Assembly: GCF_902713615.1 (NCBI RefSeq) | Contig: NW_024055891.1 | Span: forward strand, 1-64,000 | Direction: 5' to 3' | Source: Scyliorhinus canicula | Taxonomy: Eukaryota | DNA length: 64,000 nucleotides | In this document: piece after piece, positions 1-11,873 of the stretch | How positions within the stretch are numbered: the first letter of the stretch is position 1 | Layout: each line of letters begins with the position of its first letter | Program-made: the position numbers and the translations under genes | The notes under the pieces: generated by a model | Told to the model about the DNA's origin: nothing | The model's database searches: none | What the model saw: only the letters and a program-made list of their open reading frames with translations

Positions 1-989
1 TCCCCTCGGATCAGACAAATGCAGGGCTTAAGGACAGCCCACAAATTCTTCAAATTACCTTCCTGCAATTCTAACCACAAGCCAGGGCCCTTGAAGGGCC
101 CGTAGTTTTTTCCATGTCGGTGCAACATCGAGGGCCGAAGGGCCTGTACTGCGCTGTATCGTTCTATGTTCTAAGGTATATAGAGATGGCAAGTCGAATA
201 AAATAAGCAAACTTCCTTCTTAGCTATAGAACCTTTGACACTTGAGAATGCCAATTGGAATAGTGGCTATCTGGACATCTATATATTTAAGAATCTTGAC
301 ACATTAAAAGTAGAGAAAAGTAGAGATGTGTCTCGAACAACTCCCTGCCCGACCACATTACACGAAATAGGAAGAAATGTGTCTGTAAACAGGCAGATTC
401 ACAGAATCGGTACTCACTCTCTCTCCTGCTAAGAGTGCAGTCAGAGTTCTGTTCCTCAGCCTGCTTCGTCAAACAAAGACCATCGTGGTTTTTGTAAGTT
501 TGTTTCTATTGAACTTCTTCAAAATATATTAGAAATTGATATGAGATACTTTAGGATTTTCTATGTTTAGATATATCCTTCTCTGAGAGACGTTAGTGTG
601 TTAGCAGATGACAAAAGGCTGTTGACTGATTTCTATTTTTAACTGACAAAGGACTGTTAACCAATTCATATTTTTAACTCTGCAATTTTGTATGTATAAT
701 TTGAAAGTATTTGATAATAAAATACTATTCGAAATAACTGTGTAGTCTTACTCTCAATAATTTTGTATCCTTTCTGCTGTTGACCCTTTTATGTCTTTAT
801 CCATGAACTTCAATTCTACTAGACACGTTTTGAAAGTTCCTGTATACACCATCTACAGCACGAACCTCACCCACATTCTTACCTCATCAAAAAAGTTGTT
901 TAATAAAAGATGATTTACCATTAATAAATTTTATATCAGTCCATACTTGCTGATTTGGGTGTTAATATTTTCCTGGATTTTGACTTCTG

Positions 990-1696
990 CTGCACAATGC
1001 ACGTGGTGAACCCTTTGGTGTCTCAGCAGAGTGGACAAGGTAGTGAATCCCTTTGCACACTTGGAGCAGACAAATGGCCTCTCTCCTCTGTGAACTCGCT
1101 GTTGGGCCAGTAGGTTAGATGACAGTGAATCCCTTCCCACGATCAGAGCAGGTGAACGGCCTCTCCCCAGTGTAAATTCTCTGGTGTGAAAACAGGTCGG
1201 TTGACTGAGCGAATCCCTTCGCACGATTGGAGCAGGTAAACGGCCTCTCCCTGGTGCGAATTCGCTGGTGTACAGCGAGTTAAGACGATCACTTGAATCC
1301 CATCACACAGCGAGAGCACCTGAACGGTCTCTCATCATTGTGAACACGTTGATGAGACTTCAGTTCCCCAGAACATTTATAGCACTTCCTGCAGTCTGGG
1401 CATTTAAACGGTCTCTCATCAGTGTGAACTCGCTGGTGTCTCAGCAGATCAGGTGACTGAGTGAATCCCTTCCCGCATGTATAGCAGGTGAACAGCCTCT
1501 CACCAGTGTGACAACGCCAGTGCTTTACAGGTCAGAAGGGATCATGAATCCCTTCCCACAATCCACACATTTCCTTGGCTTCTCCCCGTTGTGACAGCAT
1601 TTATGTTCTGACAGGTCAGATGATTGGCTGAATCCTTGTAGACACAAAGAACACGTGTATGACTTTTCCCCACTGAACAACGCGCTTTCCTTCCAT
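990..1696 (-). pseudogene. C2H2 zinc-finger pseudogene ZNF-1 (MEGK subfamily)
   Basis: Minus strand starts ATGGAAGGAAAG like the gene at 12743 and continues as HTGERPF-type finger repeats. It has a 2-bp deletion just after the start, a further frameshift near 1120 and Cys>Arg changes (CSDR, CSNR). No long ORF. Confidence 0.85.
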
Positions 1697-2561
1697 GTTC
1701 AAAATCCGATGATATTCAGGATTCAATAAATTAGCCGACTCCATCAGATCCTGATGAGTTGTTTAGTTTGAGTTTCCCAACTGCAAATGCTCCCTTCTAA
1801 TGCCCTGTGAAACTAATTACAAACAGAAAAATAGGGAGTGAGAGAGAACCCGTTAGAACACAAAGGCAGGTTGTGAAATTGAGCTGAATGAATCTGGTCA
1901 TTTGTGGGGCCGACACTAGGAGAAAGTGACCATGAAAGTCACTGGAGTATGATGCAGCAACATAGCACAGTGGTTAGCACAGTTGTTTCACAGGCTTGGG
2001 ACAAATGACCTCCTTCTGCACTGTAAATTCTATGATTCTAAGCTCACTGGGGAGACAGGTTTGGTGATGTCATTCATCTAATACTGTGGGGACATGGGTT
2101 CAAGTGTCACCAAGGCAGCTGGTGGAAGTTGAATTTAACGAATAAATCAGGAATATAATGTGTGCGGCATGGTGATTGGCACTGCTGCCTCACAGTGCCA
2201 GGGACATGGGTTTGATTCCAACCTCGGGTGACTGGGTGGAGTTTGTACATTCTGCTGTGTCTGTGTGGGTTGACTCCGGGTGCTGCGGTCACCATCCACA
2301 GTCCAAAGAAGGGCAATGATCATATCATTGATTTCCTCTGGTATTCATCACCCACCCAAATCGACTCCACATTCTTGGGGCCTGGATCGTCCCTCAGAAC
2401 TGTACTTATTTCCTCCCTTATTAGCAGAACTACCCTACCACCTATTCCTTCCTGCCTGTTCGTCCCAAAAGTCAAATGATCCTGAACACCTATGTCCCCA
2501 TTTGAATAGATACTCACCACTTCCTACTTATCAATCAGCAGGTTCTCAGAGTACTACCCTA

Positions 2562-3235
2562 CGATGCTGACAGCAGGACACTTCCCAGTCTGCTTCGCTG
2601 CAATGCTGACAACAGTACATTCTTCACCATCTGCTTCACTCCGATGCTGACAGCAGGACACTCTTCCTAGTCTGCTTCACTCCGATACTGACAGCAGGAC
2701 ACTCTTCCCAGTCTGCGTCACTGTGATGCTGACAGCAGGACACTCTTCCCAGTCTGCTTCATTGTGATGCTGACATCAGGACACTCTTCCCAGTCTGCTT
2801 CACTCCGATATTGACAGCAAAACACTCTTCCCAGTCTGCTTCACTGTGATGCTGACAGCAGGACACTCTTCCCAATCTGCTTCACTGCGATGCTGACAGG
2901 ACACTCTTCCCAGTCTGCTTCACTGCAATGCTGACAGCAGGACACTTCCCAGTCTGCTTCACTGCTACGCTGACAGCAGGACACTCTTCCCAGTCTGCTT
3001 CACTGCTACGCTGACAGCAGGATTATCTACCCAGTCTGCTTCACTGCTACGCTGACAGCAGGACAGTCTTCCCAGTCTGCTTCACTGCTACGCTGACAGC
3101 AGGATACTCTTCCCAGTCTGCTTCACTGCTACGCTGACATCAGGACACTCTTCCCAGTCTGCATCACTGCTACGCTGACAGCAGGACACTCTTCCCAGTC
3201 TGCTTCACTGCTACACTGACAGCAGGACACACTTC
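2562..3235. repeat. 41-bp minisatellite, ~16 copies
   Basis: Unit GCTGACAGCAGGACACTCTTCCCAGTCTGCTTCACTGCTAC; starts at 2646, 2687, 2728, 2769 etc. Confidence 0.95.
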
Positions 3236-3589
3236 TGTAACCGTCTCACTGTGATACACCCTGATTGCGATACACCCTAATGAATTGAGTGACTCAGTCA
3301 GGTCCTGCATGTGATGGTTGCTTTGAGTGTCCCGTCGGCAAGTCCTTCCCATTTAATATCCTATAAAAAGGACTTTACTAAAAAAAGCCATCACTGTGTC
3401 CAGGATAGGAATTGAGAGACATTTTTCTTGTCTGTTGCAAATCCTTCCCTCTTAATCCTGAAGTTTCTAAACACTCCGTGCAAACTGAGCGTGGGATTTT
3501 GTAATTCAGGTTTGCAGTCCTACACCGAGTGTTTGACAATCCCTCCCAACCACTCTCCTGCACTCGGCCCGTTTCTCCGGTGGACTTTC

Positions 3590-3990
3590 AACCTGGCCGC
3601 CTTCTTCCTGATCCGGAAATCGCACTGCGCATGCTTCACCTAGCTCCGCCCCTTATTACTCCAATTGGTTGGAGGACCAGCCGCTCCCGACCTCCATCAC
3701 CTATTGGTCCGAGGCGGATGTCAATCATTGTGCTGGAGCATGCGCAGCCGAAAGATTCTGACCAGGAGCCAGCTGCTTTTTAACGGCGGAGTGCAGATCC
3801 AGAGGCGAAAATAAACCCGTGAATCGAGATAGAACCGATGGGGAGGTAAAAGAGACTGAATAAATTAATTAAATGGACACTGAATCCTGAATAAGCTCTC
3901 GGTCCCGCGATTGCTCGGTGCTGAGACTTTTCTCCAGCACAGGCCTGATTTAACGGCCGCCATCTTTTTGCGGGGCAATGACCTTCCATC
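3590..3990. promoter_or_regulatory. CpG-rich putative bidirectional promoter P1 (ZNF-1 / ZNF-2)
   Basis: ETS-like CCGGAAAT 3613, NRF1-like TGCGCATGC 3626 and GCATGCGCA 3738, GC box, CCAAT boxes, YY1 CGGCCGCCATCTT 3954; lies between divergent genes. Confidence 0.75.
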
Positions 3991-4135
3991 AGGGCCGATG
4001 GGAATCTGAAACTTTACATGTTACGTTCATCCGGATTGATGCAAAAATACCAAATTTAAAAGCGAATAACAATTACTAATATAGGAGGAAAAGGTGTAAA
4101 TTGGTCAGACACTCAGTTCTGATTGGGCAGGACTT

Positions 4136-4486
4136 TAGAACATAGAACAATACAGCACAGAACAGGCCCTTCGGCCCTCGATGTTGTGCCGAGCAATGAT
4201 CACCCTACTGAAGCCAACGTATCCACCCTATACCAGTAACCCAACAACCCCCCCCCCCCCCCCATTAACCTTATTCTTTAGGACACTAAGGGCAATTTAG
4301 CATAGCCAATCCACCTAACCCGCACATCTTTGGACTGTGGGAGGAAACCGGAGCACCCGGAGGAAACCCACGCGCACACGGGGAGGATGTGCAGACTCCG
4401 CACAGACAGTGACCCAGCCGGGAATCGAACCTGGGACCCTGGAGCTGTGAAGCATTTATGCTAACCACCATGCTACCGTGCTGCCC
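4136..4486 (-). mobile_element. HE1-like V-SINE with CR1-derived tail (type A)
   Basis: tRNA-like head (TGGTTAGC A box, GGTTCGATTCC B box), V-core GTGGGTTTCCTCCGGGTGCTCCGGTTTCCTCCCACA, tail GGGCCGAAGGGCCTGT..(TGTTCTA)n. Confidence 0.9.
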
Positions 4487-5187
4487 TGGCGAATGCAGCA
4501 GGGAGCTATCATCTCCTATGGAGTTGTTTAGGTCCAGAAGAGGCCCCTTTCCTAGACACATTCCATTTTCCGAGTATGAATATATGGACCTTCTCGCAAG
4601 TGTTAGTGGAACACTTTACGAGCCCGACTGAGAATCTTCAAAATTTGGTATTCCTGTGTCTGTCGCGATGTGTATCAGATATAAAAGGTTTTGACACAAC
4701 GTCCTTTTAGCAATACTCCAGTGTCTTAAAGGATGAGAAAGTAGGAGACAGAGAGAGAGATGGAAAGAGAGAATTTCAGAGTTTGAGGATGAGAGATCAG
4801 AAGGCATGGTCACTAATGGTGGAACAATGAAAAAGCGAATTAGAGAAGCGCAGATATCTCGGAGGGTTGTAGAGATGGGTGATGAAGCCGTGGAGAGATG
4901 TGAACACAATGAGGAGAATTTTAATCTAAAGGCATTTAGAGTGAGAAAGAGATGAAAAATTGTTCCATAGAAACTGGAATTCTATATTTTTATTTTTGGG
5001 TGATGACTTTTGCAAACTCTTTTTGCAGATAATTAGAAAAAGAGGATTTGCAGATGGGAAACTTGAATCAAATATCATATAAAGATCCAGCACAGTCACT
5101 CGATTCATCAGGACCTGAATATCTTCTGGCTTTGAATTGGAAGGAAATGTTCATCTGTTCTGTCTGTGGGAAAAGACCTCAAACAAA

Positions 5188-5416
5188 ATGTGACTGGAAA
5201 AGCATTGAGACACACACACCCGAGTGAGAGTGTTCCAGTGAACTGACCGTGGAAACATCAGTGTGACTGGAAAAGCAGCGAGACCCACACAACACACACC
5301 CGAGTGAGAGTGTTCCAGTGAACTGACTGTGGAAACATCAGTGTGACTGGAAAAGCACCGAGACCCACACAACGCACACTCAACTGAGAGAGTTCCAGTG
5401 AACTGACTGTGGAAAG
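5188..5416 (+). repeat. Triplicated ~75-80-bp relic-finger unit in the ZNF-2 leader
   Basis: GTGACTGGAAAAGC...GTTCCAGTGAACTGAC.GTGGAAA occurs three times. Confidence 0.85.
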
Positions 5417-5540
5417 AGCTTTAACCAGTTACATAGTCTGAAAAAAACACACCATTACAGTGGGAAGAGATTTTACAAGTGTGTGTGCACGAAGACTTAA
5501 CTGATCATTCAACCTGGAAAAACACAAGGACACCCGCACA

Positions 5541-6299
5541 ATGGAGAAACCCTGGAAATGTGAGGACTGTGGGAAAGGATTCAGTTGCCCAGCCCTGCTG
5601 GAAATTCATCGACGCAGTCACACTGGGGAGAGACCATTCACCTGCTCCGAGTGTGGAAAGGGATTCACTCAGTCATCCCAACTGCTAACACACCAACGGT
5701 TTCACACTGGGGAGAAACCGTTCACCTGTTCTGAGTGTGGGAAGGGATTCACTCAGTTATCTGACCTGCGGAGACACCAGCTAGTTCATACTGGGGAGAC
5801 TCGTTTCAGCTGCTCCGAGTGTGGGAAGGAATTCATTCAGTCATCCAATCTGCTGAGACACCAGCAAGTTCACACTGGGGAGAGACCGTTCACCTGTCCT
5901 GTATGTGGAAAAGCATTCATTGGGTCCTCTGACCTGCTAAGTCACCAGCGGATTCACAGTGAGGAGAGGCTGTTCAGCTGTACATCCTGTGGAAAGAGAT
6001 TCCGGACTTCAGCCCACCTCAGTGTACACCAGCGAGTTCACACTGGGGAGAAGCCGTTCATCTGCTCTGAGTGTAGGAAGCAATTTGCTCAGTTATCTCA
6101 CCTACAGACACACCAGCGAATACACACTGGGGAGAGACCATTCACCTGCTCTGAGTGTGGCAACAAATTCACTTGTTCATCCCACTTGAGGAGACACCAG
6201 CGAGTTCACACAGGGAACAGGCCATTTACCTGCTCCACGTGTGGGAAGATATTCACTCAGTCTGGCAGCCTGCTGAGACACCAGCGAGTTCACAAGTGA
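5541..6299 (+). CDS. C2H2 zinc-finger protein ZNF-2, 9 fingers, no effector domain seen
   Basis: 252-aa ORF MEKPWKCEDC...HQRVHK with 9 CxxC-x12-HxxxH units and TGE(R/K)PF linkers. Confidence 0.92.
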   Translation: MEKPWKCEDCGKGFSCPALLEIHRRSHTGERPFTCSECGKGFTQSSQLLTHQRFHTGEKPFTCSECGKGFTQLSDLRRHQLVHTGETRFSCSECGKEFIQSSNLLRHQQVHTGERPFTCPVCGKAFIGSSDLLSHQRIHSEERLFSCTSCGKRFRTSAHLSVHQRVHTGEKPFICSECRKQFAQLSHLQTHQRIHTGERPFTCSECGNKFTCSSHLRRHQRVHTGNRPFTCSTCGKIFTQSGSLLRHQRVHK

Positions 6300-6324
6300 C
6301 TGCAGGGATTTGATTTTGTTGCTA

Positions 6325-7345
6325 TTGAACTCCTAACCTGAACTTCCTAAACCACAGGCCACAATCAGTAAGGATAGGCAACAACACCTTCTCCACGATC
6401 ATCCTCAACACCGGTGCCCCACAAGGCTGTGTCCTCAACCCACCACTATACTCCTTATACACCTGTGACTGTGTGGCTAAATTCCCCTCAAACTCGATTT
6501 TCAAATTTGCTGATGACACCACCGTAGTGGGTCGGATCTCAAACAATAACGAGACGGAGTACAGGAATGAGATAGAGAATCTGGTGAACTGGTATGTCGA
6601 CAATAATCTCTCCCTCAATGTCAACAAAACAAAGGAGATTGTCATCGATTTCAGGAAGCATAGTGGAGAACATGCCCCTGTCTACATCAATGGGAATGAA
6701 GTAGAAAGGGTCGAGAGCATCAGGTTGTTAGGTGTACAGATCACCAACAACCTGTCCTGATCCCCCCATGCCGACACAATAGTTAAGAAAGCCCATCAAC
6801 GACTCTACTTTCTTAGAAGACTAAGGAAATTTGGCATGTCAGCTACGACTCACCAAATTTTACAGATGCACCATATAAAGCATTCTTTCTGGTTGTATCA
6901 CAGCTTGGTATGGAGCCTGCTCTACCCAAGACCGCAGGAAATTACAAAATGTTGTGAATGTAGCCCAATCCATCACGCAAACCAGCCTCCCATCCACTGA
7001 CTATCTATAATTCCCGCTGCCTCGGAAAGGCAGCCAGCATCATTAAGGACCCCATGCACCCCGGACATACTCTCTTCCACCTTCTTCCATCAGGAAAAAG
7101 TTCCAAAGTTTGAAGTTGTGTACTAACTGACTCAAGAAAGCTTCTTCCCTGCTGCCATCAGACTTTTGAATGGACCTACCTCGTATTAAGTTGATCTTTT
7201 CTCTACACCATGCTATAACTTTAACATTATATTCTGCAGTTTCTCCTTCCTTCCCTATGTAAGGTATGCATTGTTTGAACAACATGCAAGAAACAATACT
7301 TTTCACTGTATACTAATATATGTGACAATAATAAATCAAATCAAA
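6325..7345 (+). mobile_element. Rex1/Babar-type LINE 3' part inserted in the ZNF-2 3' UTR
   Basis: GAPQGCVL, KFADDTTVVG, LSLNVNKTKEIVIDFRK; tail TGTGACAATAATAAATCAAATCAAA; imperfect TSD TTGyTGCTATT. Confidence 0.85.
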
Positions 7346-8225
7346 ATTATTGCTGCTATTAATCACATCCGGAACTGAACCTTGTTCATTCTGACAGTTG
7401 GGATTTGTTGTTCCTGATGTTATTAATCCCTGTAACTGGGCTGGAGTTTAATATTCTGGATCTGTAGCTGATTGTGTTCTCGGGGCTGTGGTGTCCCTTT
7501 AGGAAACACTGTCTGTGATCTTTCCCCATAATTCAGGAACCCTCATCAGAAATTAGTTTACAACAAGTTTCTGAACTTTTACTTCAATCTCAAATTGTTA
7601 ATTATTTTAAAGCTGTGTTCTGAGATTACCAACCATCCTCCCAATGGAAACAATTTGTCTCCATGTAAACTTCTCAAGAATGGAATCTCTCCTGAATGAA
7701 CTGAAACCCCTCATCCCTGACGCTATCCTGGTAACTTTTCCCAGCTTCCTCTCCAAGGCCTTGACATCTTTCCCAAAGTGAGGTGCTCAGAACTGAACAC
7801 AATACTTCAGTTGAGGATTAATCAGTGATTTGTAAAATTCAGTAGAACGGCCTTGCTTTTATTCTCCAAGTCTCCAGTGATAAACTGAGGATCCTATTAG
7901 ATTTTTACAACAATTTGATCAGCCTGTCCTGTCGGACTCTGAAGTTTGTGTATATCCAGTCCCAGGTCACTCTGTTTAAAATTGCAGCATTTAGTTTTTT
8001 ACTGTCTCTCCTAATTCCTGCTTCCAAAATTCATAATTGACTGTCAGTCACTTTGGGATGTTCTGAGGGTTTGAAAGGTTCTAAATGAACACAAGAAATT
8101 TCTTTTACAGCTGACTTAAAGCTGTACATTTTGCTCCAAAGGTTAAATTGGGATTGATATTCAAAGTTAACGTTTTTACAGGAAAGAGGAAAGATCCCAG
8201 ACAGTGGGTCTCCCAGGTTCACTGC

Positions 8226-8354
8226 AGGCCCGACAACTCAATCAGCTCCACTCTCAGCTCAGGAGAGCTCAGCAGCTCCACACACTGTCCACAGGAGAGA
8301 TCTCCTGGTCCAGCGGGACCAAGATTCGTGTTTTAACTGACACCACAAAAAAAC
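8226..8354. other. 129-bp element highly conserved between duplicated blocks, copy 1
   Basis: 4 mismatches versus 35207-35335. Confidence 0.8.
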
Positions 8355-8439
8355 TGGAGTAATCAGTCACTGGTCTGATTGCCATTTGTGGAATCTTACT
8401 TTGTACAAACTAGCTGTTGACAAACAGTGACAACTTGTA

Positions 8440-9630
8440 TTTATACAATAAAATTAATGTAATAAACATCCCAAAGCCCGTCAGAGGAGTTTCAGAAAGA
8501 CAAAAAATTGACAGAAAATCACATAAGACGATGTTTGAACAGATGGTCAAAAGCTTGATTGGAGAGACAGATTTTAACAACTATTTTTAATCAGGAAAGA
8601 TAGAGGAGTGGAGAGGGTTGGGAGGGAATTTCGGAGTTTCATGTCTGCACTGACCACTAATGGTGGATAAATTATAATCAGCGATTCATGAGGTTAAAAT
8701 GAGAGAGTGCAGATACTTCAGCAGGTTGTGAAACTCGGCAAAGACACAGAGGGACAAGTCCATGGAGGGATTTGAATACAAGAAGGTCTCAGCATGACTT
8801 GATCAGGAGCCAGTGTTGGTCAGTGAGCACAGGGTGATGGTTGAACAGGACCTGGTGTGAGAAAGCACATGGACAGCAGAGTTTTAGGTAAACTCACATT
8901 TCCATGTGGGGATGGGGTGAATGTGAGAGGCTGGTCAGGAATGCATTGGAACCATCAAGTGTAAAGGTAACAGTGGCAGCACGGTGGCACAGTGGGTTAG
9001 CCCTGTTGCCTCACGGCACAGAGGTCCCAGGGTTTCAGCAGCAGGTGGGCTGGAGACAGGTGACATTGTGGAGACTGAAATATCTGGTATTAGTGACAAT
9101 GTGGACCAAGAGTGTGGTTCAACCTCAGACAGTTCCCAGGGAGAGGGATGGACTCGGGAGTTAGGGAACGGAATTTGTAATGGTGACTGAAGACAATGGC
9201 TTTGGTCTTCCCAATATTTAATTGGAGGAAATTTCAGCTCATCCAGGACTGGATGTGGGATAAGCAGTTTGATAATTTAGTAACAGTGGAGGAATGGAGA
9301 GGGATGGGGGTGAGGTAGAGCTGGGTGTTGTCAGTTTACATGTGAAAACTAACATGGTGCTTTTGGATGATGTCACCAGATGGGAAATAGGAGGAGCCGA
9401 GGATGGATCCTTGGGGAACACCAAGTACAAGGACATTGGAGAGGAAAGTGATGTGAGATGGGATGGTAGTTGGCAACGACGGGGTGATCAATGTTTTTTT
9501 AGGATGGGTGATAATGGTGAATTTAAAGGCGATGGCAGAGGACCAAAAGAGATAGAGAACTGGAAACAGTATCAGCTAACATGGGGAAGTTGGGTGCTCA
9601 ATACTTTAGTGGGAATAGGGCCAATACAGC
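8440..9630 (-). mobile_element. Old L2-type LINE remnant
   Basis: Homologous to 35400-36870, whose minus strand reads PQGSVLGP and [11 protein letters not shown] (L2-type YADDTQLY). Confidence 0.6.
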
Positions 9631-9908
9631 AGAAGGCGAGGGCAGCACGGTGTTTAGCCCTGCTGCCTCATGGCGCCAAGGTCCCAGGTTCGATCCCAGC
9701 TGTGGGTCACTGTCCGTGTGGAGTTTGCACATTCTCCCCGTGTTTGCGTGGGTTTCACCCACACAACCAAAAAGATGTGCAGGGTTGGATTGGCCACGCT
9801 AAATTGCCCCTTAATTGGAAAAAAAATGAATTGGGTACTCTAAATTTACAAAAAAAGGAAAAAAAAACAGCAGAAGGCAGGTCTCATGGACAGTATGAGC
9901 TCTGCGAG

Positions 9909-10210
9909 GGTGGCATGGTAGCACAGTGGTTAGCACCGGTGCTTCACAGCTCCAGGGTCCCAGGTTCGATTCCCGGCTTGGGTCACTGTCTATGCGGAGT
10001 CTGCACATTCTCCCCGTGTCTGCGTGGGTTTCCTCCGGGTGCTCCAGTTTCCTCCCACAAGTCCCGAAAGACGTGCTGTTAGGTAATTTGGACAACCTGA
10101 ATTCTCCCTCCGTGTACCCGAATAGGTGTCGGAATGTGGCGACTACGGGTTTTCACAGTAACTTCATTGCAGTGTTAATGTAAGCCTACTTGTGACAATC
10201 AAGATTATTA
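9909..10210 (+). mobile_element. V-SINE type B (tail ..ATGTGGCGACT..TTTTCACAGTAACTTC..TGTGACAAT)
   Basis: Same head and V-core as type A with a different 3' half. Confidence 0.85.
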
Positions 10211-10244
10211 GGATAAAGTGAGATACAGGAGAAACTGGAGATTG

Positions 10245-11215
10245 TTTATATGATGTACATTAATGATCTGGCAGAAGGAACTGAGGGAATTGTTGCTAAG
10301 TTTGCAGATGATACAAAGATATGTAGAGGGACAGGTCGTCTTGAGGAAGCAGGGAGGCTGCACAAGAATCTGTACAGGCTAGGAGAGTGGGCAAAGTGGC
10401 AGATGGAATATCATTTGGGAAAGTGTGAGGTTCTGCACTTTGCCAGGAATAGAGGCAGAGACTTTTGTAAAATGGGAAAAGGCTTCAGAAATCAGACACA
10501 CAAAGAGCCTTGGGAGTCCCAGTGTGGGATTCTCTTCAGGTTAACGTGCAGGTTCAGTTGGCAGCCAGGAAGGCAAATGCAATGTTAGCATTCATTTCAC
10601 GAGGGCCAGAATACAGGAGCAGGGATGTCCTGTTGAGACAGAATAAATCTCTGGTCAGACACCATTCGGAATATTACGAGCATATTTGGGCCCGTCTCTA
10701 AGGAAGAATATGCTGGCCTTGGATAGGGTCGAGAGGATGTTTACAAGAAAGATCCCGAGAATTAAGCATTTGTCATATGAGGAGCAGTTGAGGACTCTGG
10801 GTCTGTACGCGATGCAGTTTAGAAGAATGAGAGGGGATCTAATTGAAACTTACACAATACTGAGAGGCCTGGATAGAGTGGACGTGGAGAGGATGTTTCC
10901 ACTGGTAGGAAACACTAGAAGCAGAGGACAGAATCTCAGACTGAAGGCATGATCCTTTAAAACAGATGAGGAGGAATTTCTTCAGCCAGAGGGTGGGGAA
11001 TCTGAGGAGCTCTTTGCTGCAGAAGACTGTGGAGGCCAAATCACGGAGTGTGTTTATGAAAGAGACAGATAGGTTCTTGATTAATAAGGGGATTAGGAGT
11101 TATAGGGATACGGCAGCAGAATGGAGATGACAAACAAATCAGACATAATTAACTGGTGGAGCAGATTCGATGGGCTGAATGACCGAATTCTGGTCCTATA
11201 TCGTCAGGTCTTATG
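10245..11215 (+). mobile_element. CR1 LINE 3' fragment
   Basis: YINDL...KFADDTKI...KCEVLHF...RRMRGDLIETY, with frameshifts. Confidence 0.85.
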
Positions 11216-11873
11216 TAAGATGTGGGACAAGGACTTGGATGAGGAACTTTAGACGCAGTCTGGTTCGGTGTGTTCGTGGAGAGAGGGAAGCAGCTGATCA
11301 GATTGTCTCAATCTTAGTGGCATGGTGGCAAGTGGTTAGCACTGCTGCCTCACAGCTCCAGGTTCGATTCCGGTCTTGGGCGACTCTCTGTGTGGAGTTT
11401 TCACATTATTCCCGTGTTGTTTCCTCCGGGTGCTCCGGTTTCCTCCCACAGTCCAAAGCTGTGCAGGTTAGATGTATTGGCCATGCTAAATTGTCCCTAG
11501 GTGGGGTTATAGGGATAGGGTGGGCAATTGTGTCCAGGTACAGTGTTCTTTCAGAGGGTCGGTACAGACTTGATGGGCCGAATAGTCTCCTTCTGCACTG
11601 TAAGGATTCTATGATGATGCTCGTGACAACAAAACTCCATGAGCTCCTCACACTTGTTGGATGTGTGGATGGAGGATGTGAGGGGGAAAGGGAGACCACT
11701 TCAAAAGGAATTCACGTGAGGTCGAGATATTAAAAAGTCAAAGCTGATTTATTTTTCTTTCATCAGTAATAGTAACAACTGTAACAGATGTGGGGTTTAT
11801 TCACAGAGAAACAGACTCCAATGAACATGATTGAGTCCTGGATGTGATTCAAAGCAAGATCCAATCACTGTCG

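Noticed and set aside
80-112. GGGCCCTTGAAGGGCCC hairpin resembling a histone 3' stem-loop or a terminator
   Set aside because: 3-nt loop instead of the canonical 4-nt loop and no histone ORF in view.
2562-3235. Regular repeats resembling a CRISPR array (also 14116-14590)
   Set aside because: No unique spacers and a eukaryotic context; these are simple minisatellites.
5390-5515. In-frame TGA aligned with a finger Cys in several leaders, suggesting selenocysteine or readthrough
   Set aside because: The leaders also carry copy-specific frameshifts, the other TGAs fit CGA>TGA decay, and no SECIS was recognised; relic UTR is more parsimonious.
9294-10082. 262-aa ORF and similar ORFs containing GHCLCGVCTFSPCLRGFPPGAPVSSH
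   Set aside because: Chance reading frames through V-SINE and L2 sequence.
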